A DNA stretch of 64,000 nucleotides. Source: Pyrinomonadaceae bacterium (GTDB lineage: Bacteria; Acidobacteriota; Blastocatellia; Pyrinomonadales; Pyrinomonadaceae). The notes under the pieces are model-generated. The model saw only the letters and a list, made by a program, of their open reading frames with translations, made no database searches and was not told the origin of the DNA. Positions 53,139 to 62,764 of this stretch are shown here, piece after piece. Numbering within the stretch: position 1 is the first letter of the stretch; every line of letters starts with the position of its first letter. The position numbers were made by a program, and so were the translations under genes. The DNA lies in NCBI GenBank assembly GCA_046313635.1, contig JBKBYA010000003.1, forward strand, positions 96,001-160,000. Reading direction: 5' to 3'.

Positions 53139-53637
53139 CGCCAACGAAGCTCCGCTCGCCTATCTGATCACGTTTCGCACCTTCGGCACGTGGCTGCATG
53201 GCGACGATCGATACTCGGTCGATCGGCACGGCAAGACTATCTACGGTGCTCCGAAGATCGCTCCGAACGAAAGGCTTACGGCGATCATGTCCGAAAAGCA
53301 GCGGAGTGACGATTTTAGGTTGGACGGCAGACAAAGAGCCGTCGTCGAATCTGCGATCCGTGCGGTCTGTGAGGTTCGGGTTTATGCCTTACCGGCCTTG
53401 AATGTCAGAACAAATCACGTTCATTCCGTGGTATCGGCGCAGAAACGGCCGGAGTTGGTAATGAACTCCTTCAAGGCAAATGCGACCCGCGAACTTCGCG
53501 CCGCGGGACTAATATCTCCCGACCAACTGGTCTGGTCGCGAGGCGGCAGTACCAGATATTTGTGAAAGCCGAGTCACGTCGACCGTGCGATCGAATACGT
53601 GCTGTACGGCCAGGGCGAGGACCTGCCGAAGTTTTAG
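53119..53637 (+). pseudogene. REP-associated tyrosine transposase (Y1/RAYT) with internal TGA
   Basis: YLITFRTFGTWLHGD, NHVH (HUH), WSRGGSTRYL-TGA-KPSHVDRAIEYVLYGQ. Confidence 0.85.
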
Positions 53638-53669
53638 GCGATGGATTGACCGGTCTGGTTTTCAGGGAA

Positions 53670-53785
53670 GAAGAACACCCTCCCTACCGGTCGGGTTTCC
53701 GCCTGCGTGGCCGACCCGACCGAAAATGGCAGAGACACTCAGTTGTGCGAGATAGGCAGAAACCCGACCGGTAGGGAGGGTGTCA
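53670..53785. repeat. Inverted REP pair downstream of RAYT-2
   Basis: acaccctccctaccggtcgggtttc … gaaacccgaccggtagggagggtgt. Confidence 0.88.
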
Positions 53786-53801
53786 AAAGACAAGAAAGAC
53801 G

Positions 53802-55124
53802 ATGACCTACGAGATCAACGAAACCCACGACCCGAACCTGCGCAGCTGGGTCGAATCGGCCAACGACCCGAATAGCGATTTTCCGATACAGAATTTGCCC
53901 TTTTGCATCTTTGCGATTCCGGAGAACAGGGATATGCCTCGAGTCGGCATCCCGATCGGCGACAAGGTCGTGGACCTGTGGGGCTTGTACAGCAGCGGGC
54001 TTATCGACTCGACAACGCGTGCCGCAGCAGTTGCGGGGTCTGAGAATTCACTAAACAAGCTGGCCTCCGATCAGAACTCTTACCGAGCGTTGCGAAGCAG
54101 GCTCGCGCACCTGCTGTCCGAGGCGGCGGGCGATGCTGATCGGAATGCTCTAGCCCCACACCTAAAAGACCGGTCGGCTTGCAGCTTTTTCACTCCTGCC
54201 TTGATCGGCGACTACACCGACTTCTACTGCTCCATCTACCACGCCACGAATGTCGGCTCGATGTTCCGGCCGGACAATCCGTTGATGCCGAATTACAAGT
54301 GGGTGCCGATCGGGTATCACGGGCGCGCTTCGAGCATAGTGGTGTCGGGGACGGACATTAAACGGCCGAAAGGGCAGAACCGCAGCGACCAGGAAAAGCC
54401 GCCCGTTTTCGGGCCGTGCAAAAATCTCGATTACGAGATGGAGCTCGGGTTTTTTGTCGGGCGTGGGAATGAGCTAGGCAAACCGATACCGATCTCCGAG
54501 GCCGAGGAGCACATCTTCGGCGTATGCCTCGTGAACGACTGGTCGGCGCGGGACATTCAGGCTTGGGAGTACCAGCCGCTCGGGCCGTTTCTCGCGAAGA
54601 ACTTCGCGACGACCATCTCTCCATTCGTCGTGACGATGGAAGCGCTGGCGCCTTTCAGGACGAAAGCGTTCGAGCGCGACCCCGAAGATCCGCGGCCTCT
54701 GCCTTATCTGAGCGATGAACAAAACGAAAAATTCGGCGGGCTCGACATCAATCTCGAGGTCTACATCCAGACCGAAAAGATGCGTGCCGAGAATATCGAG
54801 CCGCACCTTCTATCGCGTTCCAACACCAGAGATCTCTATTGGACGGTCGGCCAGATGCTCACGCACCACGCCTCGAACGGCTGCAACCTCCAAACCGGCG
54901 ACCTGATGGCGACCGGCACCGTCTCAGGCCGTGAAAAGCACGAACGCGGCTGCATGCTCGAACTCACATGGCGCGGCAAAGAGCCTATCGAACTGCCGTC
55001 GGGCGAGCAGCGACGCTTCCTTGAAGACGGCGACGAGATCATCATGCGCGGCTACTGCGAACGCGAAGGCTTTCGCCGCATCGGCCTAGGCGAATGCCGC
55101 GGCCGCATCCTCCCGGCGGATTAG
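53802..55124 (+). CDS. fahA: Fumarylacetoacetase
   Basis: FPIQNLPF, GDYTDFY, GYHGRASS, NDWSARDIQAWEYQPLGPF. Confidence 0.95.
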   Translation: MTYEINETHDPNLRSWVESANDPNSDFPIQNLPFCIFAIPENRDMPRVGIPIGDKVVDLWGLYSSGLIDSTTRAAAVAGSENSLNKLASDQNSYRALRSRLAHLLSEAAGDADRNALAPHLKDRSACSFFTPALIGDYTDFYCSIYHATNVGSMFRPDNPLMPNYKWVPIGYHGRASSIVVSGTDIKRPKGQNRSDQEKPPVFGPCKNLDYEMELGFFVGRGNELGKPIPISEAEEHIFGVCLVNDWSARDIQAWEYQPLGPFLAKNFATTISPFVVTMEALAPFRTKAFERDPEDPRPLPYLSDEQNEKFGGLDINLEVYIQTEKMRAENIEPHLLSRSNTRDLYWTVGQMLTHHASNGCNLQTGDLMATGTVSGREKHERGCMLELTWRGKEPIELPSGEQRRFLEDGDEIIMRGYCEREGFRRIGLGECRGRILPAD

Positions 55125-55301
55125 GTCAGAACCGCCTCGCATTAGCGGGCGGGTTCTTACACCGCCGAGACGCCGAGGCGCGGAGAAGAACAAGACAGGA
55201 ATTTGACCGCGGATTAGGTCAGAACCGGCTCGCGTCAGCGGGCGGGTTCTTACACCGCCGAGACGCCGAGGCACGGAGAAGAACAAGACAGGGAATTGAC
55301 C
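55116..55301 (+). repeat. Tandem 93-bp duplication with REP-like motifs
   Basis: Two copies of gcggattaggtcagaaccg…gcgggcgggttcttacaccgccgagacgccgagg…gaacaagacagg. Confidence 0.9.
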
Positions 55302-55383
55302 ACAGATCGACACGGATGCCCACAGATCAGAAAGATCTTACCCATCTTTTCTGATCCGCGCCCATCCGCGCAGATCCGCGGCC
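55300..55383. repeat. Inverted 10-nt-period array (CACRGAT / ATCCGCG)
   Basis: cacagatcgacacggatgcccacagat … atccgcgcccatccgcgcagatccgcgg. Confidence 0.7.
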
Positions 55384-55435
55384 AAACATCTCTTGCGGCG
55401 TCCGCGTACCAATCCATTTTGCTAGAATCATTCTC

Positions 55436-56422
55436 ATGCCGACCGAAACGGGATTGACCGAAGCGGACGTCCGGCGCGTGGGCGCTCGAGGCGAGGTCGA
55501 CGATCTCGCCGACGTCATCGCCGTCGAGGAGCCGCTCGAGATCCGCATCGGCTTGCGAGTGAACGGCAAGCTCGAGCACCGCGCGATCTCGATCACGATG
55601 CGGACCCCAGGCGACGACTTTTCGCTCGCCGCCGGCTTCCTCTTTACCGAAGGCATCGTCAAGTCGCCGGCGGAGGTCGCCGAGATCAAATACTGCCGAT
55701 CGATTGCGGATTTCGGATTGCGGATCGCGGATGCAAAGACTGGAGCCGATTCCAAATTCCAAATTCCAAATTCCAGATCTCAAATTTCAAATTCACAAAT
55801 CTCAAATCCGAAATCCGCAATCCGCAATCCGCAATCGAATACCGTTCGCGTCGATCTCGCTGACGGCGTCCATGTCGACTTCAAGAAGCTCGAACGTCAC
55901 TTTTACACGACATCGAGCTGCGGCGTGTGCGGCAAGAGCTCGATCGAAGCGCTGCACACCGGTGCAACAAAGATCGACTCAAGATCATTCGAGCCGGTCG
56001 GTGCCGAGGTGATCCATCGTCTGCCATCGGCGGCGCTTGCGGCGCAGCTTGCGTTCGAGAAGACGGGCGGGCTGCATGCTTCGGTGCTCTTCGATCGCGA
56101 AGGAAAGATCGACACCGTCTGCGAAGACGTCGGCCGCCACAACGCGCTCGATAAGGCGATCGGTCGAAAGTTTTTGATCGGCGAGACGCCGCTCTCCGAC
56201 CGAATTCTTCTGGTCAGCGGACGGGCGAGCTTTGAGCTTGTGCAAAAGGCTTTGATGGCCGGCATCCCGATCCTCGCGGCCGTCGGCGCGCCGTCGAGTC
56301 TTGCGGTCGAGCTGGCGAGTGAATTCGGGATGACGCTGATCGGCTTTGTGCGCGAGGAGCGATTCAATATTTACACCGGCGCCGAGCGGGTCAGGTCGCC
56401 GGCGAACGGAGCGTCTTTTTGA
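55436..56422 (+). CDS. fdhD: Formate dehydrogenase accessory sulfurtransferase FdhD
   Basis: EEPLEI, MRTPG, SSCGVCG, TGGLHA, EDVGRHNALDK; carries a repeat-derived insertion. Confidence 0.93.
   Translation: MPTETGLTEADVRRVGARGEVDDLADVIAVEEPLEIRIGLRVNGKLEHRAISITMRTPGDDFSLAAGFLFTEGIVKSPAEVAEIKYCRSIADFGLRIADAKTGADSKFQIPNSRSQISNSQISNPKSAIRNPQSNTVRVDLADGVHVDFKKLERHFYTTSSCGVCGKSSIEALHTGATKIDSRSFEPVGAEVIHRLPSAALAAQLAFEKTGGLHASVLFDREGKIDTVCEDVGRHNALDKAIGRKFLIGETPLSDRILLVSGRASFELVQKALMAGIPILAAVGAPSSLAVELASEFGMTLIGFVREERFNIYTGAERVRSPANGASF
55701..55837. repeat. Nested inverted heptamer element inside fdhD
   Basis: (ATTGCGG)-like x4 … (ATTCCAA)-like run … (CCGCAAT)-like x4. Confidence 0.9.
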
Positions 56423-58731
56423 TGAGCGAGCAAAACGAACAAGCGGAGCTTTCTAACCTGCACGTCAGCGAGCCGCCCGAGACCTCGGCCGGCCGCCATG
56501 CGATCGAGAGCGCTCTGAAGCAGGTCTTTGGCAAGGCCGGCGTCGTCCGCGGCGTACGCGGTCTGCTCAATCTGAATCAGAAGGGCGGCATAGACTGCCA
56601 GTCGTGCGCGTGGCCCGATCCCGAGCACCGGACGATCAACGAATTTTGCGAGAACGGCGCCAAGGCGCTCGCCGACGAGGCGATGACCGCGACGATCGGA
56701 CGCGATTTTTTTGCGCGGTACAGCGTCGACGAGCTTGCCGCCCGAGACGATCATTGGATCAACGCGCAAGGACGCATTGCCGAGCCGGTCGTGCTGCGCG
56801 AAGGCTCGCAGCATTACGAGCCGATCTCGTGGGACGACGCTTTCCAAATGATCGCGGGTGAACTCAACAACCTCGACTCGCCCGACGAGGCGATCTTTTA
56901 CACTTCGGGCCGCACGTCGAACGAGGCGGCGTTCTTGTATCAGCTTTTTGTGCGGCAGTTCGGGACAAACAATCTGCCCGACTGCTCCAATATGTGCCAC
57001 GAATCGACGAGCGTCGCGCTCGCCGAATCGATCGGCCTCGGCAAAGCGACCATTCGACTCGAAGACCTCGAGACGACCGACCTCGTCATCGTCATCGGCC
57101 AAAACCCCGGCACCAACGCGCCGCGGATGCTCTCGAGCCTGCGCAAGGCAAAGCAGAACGGCGCTCGGATGATCGCGATCAACCCGCTTCGCGAGGTCGG
57201 GCTGATGAGCTTTGTCGACCCGAATCCACAGCATTACAAAAATCCGCTCAGGTACCCGCTCGCGCTCGTTGCCGACCAGGCGACACCGCTTGCCGACCTG
57301 CATCTGCCGCTGCGGATCGGCGGCGATTCGGCGGTGATGAAGGGATTGATGAAGTCGCTCCTCGAGCGTGAGCGTGCAAATCCGGGGACGGTGCTCGATC
57401 GGGAATTCATCGATCGATACACCGAAGGCTGCGACGAGCTCATCAGATCGGTCGACGAAGCGAGCTGGGACGAGATCGTTAAATATTCCGGCCTCACTCG
57501 CGAGCAGATCGACGAGGCTGCGGAGTTGATCGCGACGACCGAGACGATGGTCACGTGCTGGGCGATGGGCGTGACGCAGCATCGCGAGGCGGTGGCGGTG
57601 ATCAGGGACATCGTCAATCTTCACCTGCTGCGCGGGATGATCGGCAAGCCGCGTGCGGGGCTGTGCCCGGTGCGTGGTCACTCGAACGTGCAGGGCGACC
57701 GCACGATGGGCATCTGGGAAAAGATGAAGCCGGAGTTTCGGCTGAATCTGGAAAAGGAGTTTGGCTTCAAGACGCCGCAGCACGACGGCTACGACACCGT
57801 CGAGAGCATCGCGGCGATGTGCGACGGACGGGCAAAGGTCTTTTTTGCGATGGGCGGCAATTTCCTCGTAGCCTCGCCCGACACCGAGACGGTCGCCGAA
57901 GGATTGAGAAACTGTCGTTTGACCGTGCAGGTGCTTACCAAGCTCAACCGCACCGCGCTCGTGCCGGGCAAACTGTCGCTCATTCTGCCGTGTCTCGGCC
58001 GCTCCGAGATCGACCGGCAAGCGTCGGGTGAGCAGTTTGTCTCGACCGAGAGCACGATGCTCAACGTGCAGATGTCGAAGGGAATCTACGAGCCGGTCAG
58101 CGAGCACCTTCGGAGCGAGCCGTGGATCGTCGCGCAGCTTGCCAAGGCGACGCTCGGCGACCGCACGACCGTCGACTGGGACGCGATGGCCGCCGATTAC
58201 GACAACATCCGCGACGCGATCTCGCGCGTCGTCGCGGGCTGCGAGAATTACAACGAGAGAATCCGCGTGCCGGGCGGATTTTATCTGCCCAATCCGCCGC
58301 GCGAACGAGTCTTTAACACGCCGGGCGGGAAGGCGCTCTTTCACGCCTCGCCGATGGAAAAGATCGATCTCGCGCCGGGCCGCCTGCTGATGACGACGAT
58401 CCGTTCGCACGATCAGTTCAACACGACGATCTACGGTCTGTCAGACCGCTACCGCGGCATCGATGGCGGTCGTCGCGTCGTGTTTATGAACGAAAAAAAT
58501 ATCGCGGACCTCGGCCTCGCCGCGGGCGACGTCGTTGACATCACAAGCCACTTCACCGACCGCCAGCGCCGCGCACACGGCTTTGTCGTCGTGCCCTACG
58601 AGATCCCGGTCGACTGCTGCGCGACGTACTTTCCCGAGGGCAACGCGCTTGTGCCGCTGACGAGCGTCGCCAAATTCAGCCGCACGCCGACATCGAAGTG
58701 CGTCGTCGTCTCGATCGGGCCGGCGGAGTGA
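56422..58731 (+). CDS. FdhF/YdeP-family molybdopterin oxidoreductase
   Basis: DCQSCAWPD, EFCENG, YTSGRTSNE, NLPDCSNMCHE, RGHSNVQG, RSHDQFNTT. Confidence 0.93.
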   Translation: MSEQNEQAELSNLHVSEPPETSAGRHAIESALKQVFGKAGVVRGVRGLLNLNQKGGIDCQSCAWPDPEHRTINEFCENGAKALADEAMTATIGRDFFARYSVDELAARDDHWINAQGRIAEPVVLREGSQHYEPISWDDAFQMIAGELNNLDSPDEAIFYTSGRTSNEAAFLYQLFVRQFGTNNLPDCSNMCHESTSVALAESIGLGKATIRLEDLETTDLVIVIGQNPGTNAPRMLSSLRKAKQNGARMIAINPLREVGLMSFVDPNPQHYKNPLRYPLALVADQATPLADLHLPLRIGGDSAVMKGLMKSLLERERANPGTVLDREFIDRYTEGCDELIRSVDEASWDEIVKYSGLTREQIDEAAELIATTETMVTCWAMGVTQHREAVAVIRDIVNLHLLRGMIGKPRAGLCPVRGHSNVQGDRTMGIWEKMKPEFRLNLEKEFGFKTPQHDGYDTVESIAAMCDGRAKVFFAMGGNFLVASPDTETVAEGLRNCRLTVQVLTKLNRTALVPGKLSLILPCLGRSEIDRQASGEQFVSTESTMLNVQMSKGIYEPVSEHLRSEPWIVAQLAKATLGDRTTVDWDAMAADYDNIRDAISRVVAGCENYNERIRVPGGFYLPNPPRERVFNTPGGKALFHASPMEKIDLAPGRLLMTTIRSHDQFNTTIYGLSDRYRGIDGGRRVVFMNEKNIADLGLAAGDVVDITSHFTDRQRRAHGFVVVPYEIPVDCCATYFPEGNALVPLTSVAKFSRTPTSKCVVVSIGPAE

Positions 58732-58878
58732 CGACCGTGCGGACCGGTCGATTGCGAGCGGCACGGGCTTTTAATACAGCATCAAACGTAAGCTAGATCT
58801 TTTTAGTTGGCATCGTCGGTTCGCGAGCGCCTCGGCACTTGTGCGAAAATTACCCTTCACGTCGCGAGACTTTTTTCG

Positions 58879-60267
58879 ATGGATCTCACACTCGACAAAT
58901 TCAAAGAAGAATGCGGCGTTTTCGGCATCTTCGGCCATCCCGAGGCGTCGACTCTGACGCAGCTCGGCCTGTTTGCGCTGCAGCATCGCGGGCAGGAGGC
59001 GTGCGGCATCGTCTCGAGCGACGGCACCGACCTGCACCAGTTTCGCTCGCAGGGGCTGGTCGCCGACGTTCTTGTCGAGGACGTGCTCGTCAAGCTCCGC
59101 GGCTCGAGCGCGATAGGGCATACACGCTACTCGACGGCGGGGCGCAATACGATCAAGGAAGTGCAGCCATTTGCCGTCACCTGCCAGCACGGCGACATCG
59201 CGGTATGTCACAACGGCAATCTGCCGTTCGCGGCGGCGAGGCGGCGGGAGCTGGAAAAGGAAGGCGCTATTTTCTCATCGACGTCCGACACCGAGACCGT
59301 CCTGCACGGCATCGCCCGCACGCCTGCTGCGTCGGTCGTCGAGGCGATCGAAAAAGTTTTGCGCGATACCGAGGGAGCTTATTCGCTGCTGTTCCTGACG
59401 CCGGGATCGTTGATAGCCGTGCGGGATGCTCGCGGTTTCAGACCGCTTGTTTTGGGCAAGCTCAACGGAGCCTGGTGCGTCGCGAGCGAAACGTGCGCAT
59501 TTGACCTGATCGACGCCGAGTACGTCCGCGAGATCGAACCGGGCGAGATGCTTGTGATCGACGATAACGGCTTGCGGTCTCAGAAGCCGTTCGAGCCAAG
59601 GACGCCGGCCGTCTGCACGTTTGAGCACGTATATTTTTCGCGGCCCGATTCGACGATCTTCGGCAGGTCGGTAAACGAATCGCGGCACAAGATGGGCAAG
59701 CGCCTCGCGATCGAGCATCCGGCCGAGGCCGACATCGTCGTGCCGGTGCCGGACTCGGGCGTGGCCGCGGCGATCGGCTACTCGAGCCAGTCGGGGATAC
59801 CGTTTCGGCAGGCGATCATTCGCAATCATTACGTCGGCCGCACGTTCATCGAGCCGTCGCAGTCGATCCGCTCGTTCGGCGTCCGGCTCAAGCTCAATCC
59901 GATCAAGGATCTGATCAGCGGCCGCCGCGTGATCCTGGTCGACGACTCGATCGTCCGCGGCACGACGTCGAAAAAGATCGTCCAGATGGTCCGCGAGGCC
60001 GGAGCCGCCGAGGTGCACGTCCGCATCTCGTGCCCGCCGACCACTCATTCGTGCTACTACGGCGTCGACACGCCGCACCAGCGCGACCTGATCGCATCGC
60101 AGATGTCGATCGAGGACGTCGCACGCTACATCGGGGCCGATTCGCTCGGCTACCTCTCGCTCGAAGGCATGCTCGAGGCCATCGGCATAGACGCAGCCTC
60201 GTCCTGCACCGCCTGCTGGAGCGGCAAATACCCGACGCTCATCGCCAACGGCAAGGCCGCGGGTTAA
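58879..60267 (+). CDS. purF: Amidophosphoribosyltransferase
   Basis: EECGVFG, QHRGQE, GHTRYST, VDDSIVRGTT. Confidence 0.95.
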   Translation: MDLTLDKFKEECGVFGIFGHPEASTLTQLGLFALQHRGQEACGIVSSDGTDLHQFRSQGLVADVLVEDVLVKLRGSSAIGHTRYSTAGRNTIKEVQPFAVTCQHGDIAVCHNGNLPFAAARRRELEKEGAIFSSTSDTETVLHGIARTPAASVVEAIEKVLRDTEGAYSLLFLTPGSLIAVRDARGFRPLVLGKLNGAWCVASETCAFDLIDAEYVREIEPGEMLVIDDNGLRSQKPFEPRTPAVCTFEHVYFSRPDSTIFGRSVNESRHKMGKRLAIEHPAEADIVVPVPDSGVAAAIGYSSQSGIPFRQAIIRNHYVGRTFIEPSQSIRSFGVRLKLNPIKDLISGRRVILVDDSIVRGTTSKKIVQMVREAGAAEVHVRISCPPTTHSCYYGVDTPHQRDLIASQMSIEDVARYIGADSLGYLSLEGMLEAIGIDAASSCTACWSGKYPTLIANGKAAG

Positions 60268-60316
60268 AATCGGCGCGCAACCTCGGCCTTTGATTTTTCA
60301 TCTTAATTTCGTACAC

Positions 60317-60369
60317 TACCACCCCGTCAGCCGAAGCGGCTGCAACCCCTCTTTTGGAAGAAGGGGAGC
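60317..60369. repeat. REP-like element
   Basis: accaccccgtcagccgaagcggctg and cccctcttttggaagaagggg hairpins. Confidence 0.55.
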
Positions 60370-60379
60370 CGGGGAAAAT

Positions 60380-60753
60380 GGGGGCGACAGGCTTCGACAG
60401 GGGCTTGTACAGATCTTTGAATGCACGTCGGGCTTGCTTGTTAGCTCGTTAAAACAACACGCAAAACACAAATGCTAATCAAGAATTAGCTCTTGCTGCC
60501 TAGTTAAAAAACTAGCCACAAGTGTCCTGCCGGAAGTCAGCTTGTTGCGACCGGTCGGGGCATAACTCAGTACAAGCTCGGGCACGTTCTCCGCCTGCGG
60601 ACGAGCCTTAAATTTAGCCGGGCTGGCTGTCGAAGAGGTCTTGTCGATTCACTTACTCTTCGACGGTGAGACAAAAAAAGAGAATCGACTAAACGTGTAG
60701 ATTTCTCAGGTCGCAACCTTTGGATGCGGGTTCGATTCCCGCCGCCTCCACCA
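60380..60753 (+). ncRNA. ssrA: tmRNA; tag peptide ANQELALAA (60474..60503)
   Basis: 5' GGGGGCGACAGGCTTCGAC; 3' GCGGGTTCGATTCCCGCCGCCTCCACCA; tag ends LALAA*. Confidence 0.95.
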
Positions 60754-60780
60754 ACAAGATCTATCGCCGTGATCGGCGCT

Positions 60781-60809
60781 AAAAAAGCCCTGCTGTCTTG
60801 CAGGGCTTT
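60781..60809. terminator. Bidirectional terminator
   Basis: AAAGCCCTGC-tgtctt-GCAGGGCTTT. Confidence 0.75.
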
Positions 60810-60834
60810 GCCGCGCTTATCCGGAACTGCGGAG

Positions 60835-61224
60835 CTATTCGCCGACGAGCTGCCGCCTCAGGTGATCGACCACCTCGCAGTGCTCGGTCTGCGGGCTGAA
60901 CAAGATCACTTCCGCATCCTTTCCGACTCTTACCGAATGTCCCGGCGGCCAGTAAAACAGATCGCCTGCGTTGACGTCCTCTTCTTCGCCGCCGGCGTAA
61001 GTGACCGTGACCTGCCCGTCGATCAGATAGCCCCAATGCGGCGATTGGCAGAGATCACCTTCGAGTCCGCGCAGCAGCGGTGCGATGTCGGTTCCCGCAG
61101 CGAGCGAGAAATACTCTGCGGCAAACTTGCCGTAACCGGTCGCGTCCCCGAAATCGAGGGCTTGACGAGCGATCGCCCCGGGAACGTTCAGCCGTTCGGG
61201 AACGTCGGACCTTGCAATATGCAT
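60835..61224 (-). CDS. Cupin-domain protein
   Basis: CQSPHWGY…GDLFYWPPGH. Confidence 0.85.
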   Translation of the reverse strand: MHIARSDVPERLNVPGAIARQALDFGDATGYGKFAAEYFSLAAGTDIAPLLRGLEGDLCQSPHWGYLIDGQVTVTYAGGEEEDVNAGDLFYWPPGHSVRVGKDAEVILFSPQTEHCEVVDHLRRQLVGE

Positions 61225-61317
61225 ATCGACCTCCTGTTCATTTGTGATATTTGTTCGGGGGCGGCAAACAGCGTCGCAGAAAAGCTGATCGCGAGCAACA
61301 TATGCGGCCGGCCGCCC

Positions 61318-61767
61318 TCAGAACTCGCCGGGTGCGCACTGCAGACAGACGAGCCCCTCCGAGCGCCACATCTCGACGACGCGGCTGCGGTCCTCGACGA
61401 CGAAGAGCACTTTTGAAAGATCGATGCCGCGCAGCATTTCGCGTTTGGCCTTAACGTCCGAACGCATATCGCCGTCGGCACGCAGACGCAGCTCGTGATA
61501 TCTGACGCCCTCACGCTCCATCCAGCGGACGGTTTCGTCTCGATGGCGCTCGTTGCGGCCCGAGCAGAGGATGATGTAGACGCCGGCGTCGTAAAGAATA
61601 TTGCAGAGCCGCACCATCGAGGCGACGGCCTTGTCGTCGGCCATCCCTTCGAAGAAAGCGTCCCAGTTCTTTGGGTGATGTCTCACGTGGTGCTCGCGCT
61701 GCGAGATGTCGGCGAGCGTGCCGTCGATATCAAAGATCACGATCTCGGCAGATGACCTTTTGCCCAC
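61318..61767 (-). CDS. HAD-family phosphatase (PNKP 3'-phosphatase-like)
   Basis: FDIDGTLA, SGR, VEDR..VVEMWR..GLVCLQ. Confidence 0.85.
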   Translation of the reverse strand: MGKRSSAEIVIFDIDGTLADISQREHHVRHHPKNWDAFFEGMADDKAVASMVRLCNILYDAGVYIILCSGRNERHRDETVRWMEREGVRYHELRLRADGDMRSDVKAKREMLRGIDLSKVLFVVEDRSRVVEMWRSEGLVCLQCAPGEF

Positions 61768-61901
61768 GATCTTGATACTAATTCACCGGCGGCCGGCCCG
61801 ATGGTCATTTGGACTACACTGCGGTTGCCGACGACCGGTGCATTTTGTAGTCTAGGTCTTTTGGCCGCGCGGCCCCGGGCCTCACAGTGGCGGCGAGTTT
61901 G

Positions 61902-62750
61902 ATGAACAACGACCTTCCGATCGGCATCTTCGATTCGGGCGTGGGCGGCCTGACCGTCTATCGCGCTCTGCACGACCGACTTCCGAATGAGCATTTTGTC
62001 TATCTCGGCGACACGGCCAGAGTGCCGTACGGCACCAAGTCGCTTGCAACGGTCGAGCGATACGCGATCGAGAATGCTCGCTTTCTAACGAAGCATGGGA
62101 TCAAGCTGCTCGTCGTCGCATGCAACACGGCTTCGGCACTAGCGCTTCCCAAGATAAGGGCGACGATCGGGATACCCGTGATCGGCGTGATCGGCCCCGG
62201 CGGACGCAAGGCTGTGGCCGTGACCGAGGCTCAGGGTCATTCGCGGATCGGCGTCATCGCCACCGAGGCGACGGTCGCGAGCGAGCGATACGTGGCTGCG
62301 ATACGCGGCGCCGGCAGCTCGGCCGAGGTGCTGCAGACGGCGTGTCCGCTCTTTGTGCCTCTGGCAGAAGAGGGTTGGACAGCCGAGCCGGAGACGTACT
62401 CGATCGCCGAAAAATATTTGGCCGAGATGAAGGCATTCGGGCCCGACGCGCTCGTGCTCGGCTGCACGCACTACCCGATACTTCGCCAGGTGATACAGGA
62501 CACCGTTGGCCGCGACGTGACGCTGATCGATTCGGGCGAGGCCGCGGCTGAGGAGGTCGAGACGGTGCTCTTGCAGGACGGACTCGCAAGCGGTCGAGTG
62601 GTCTCAGGCGAGCGCCGCCTGTGCGACGATCTAGATCATTTTTATGTTACCGACGCGGCCGAGAGATTTGCCCGCGTCGCCGAAAGATTTCTCGGGAGCC
62701 AGCCCTCGATACTCGAGGCCGTCGAAGTATTTGGCAGCGACCGCCTTTGA
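61902..62750 (+). CDS. murI: Glutamate racemase
   Basis: FDSGVGG, PYG, ACNTAS, GCTHYP. Confidence 0.95.
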   Translation: MNNDLPIGIFDSGVGGLTVYRALHDRLPNEHFVYLGDTARVPYGTKSLATVERYAIENARFLTKHGIKLLVVACNTASALALPKIRATIGIPVIGVIGPGGRKAVAVTEAQGHSRIGVIATEATVASERYVAAIRGAGSSAEVLQTACPLFVPLAEEGWTAEPETYSIAEKYLAEMKAFGPDALVLGCTHYPILRQVIQDTVGRDVTLIDSGEAAAEEVETVLLQDGLASGRVVSGERRLCDDLDHFYVTDAAERFARVAERFLGSQPSILEAVEVFGSDRL

Positions 62751-62764
62751 GGACGCGATCCTTT

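Noticed and set aside
53563..53565. RAYT-2 TGA as selenocysteine or recoded Trp
   Set aside because: The position corresponds to Trp, not Cys, and TGA is an ordinary stop for many genes in the window.
52931..55301. Tandem repeats as CRISPR arrays
   Set aside because: Only two near-identical long units each, with no unique spacers and no cas genes.
56371..58410. Long antisense ORFs (679 aa here; also 13537..14856 and 4297..5406)
   Set aside because: Shadow ORFs of GC-rich, codon-biased genes on the opposite strand, with no recognisable motifs.
56422..58731. FdhF/YdeP protein as a Sec formate dehydrogenase
   Set aside because: The ORF is continuous with Cys in CSNMCHE and has no in-frame TGA.
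60753..61800. Island integrated at the ssrA 3' end
   Set aside because: No integrase, no duplicated tmRNA 3' end, and composition is like the backbone.
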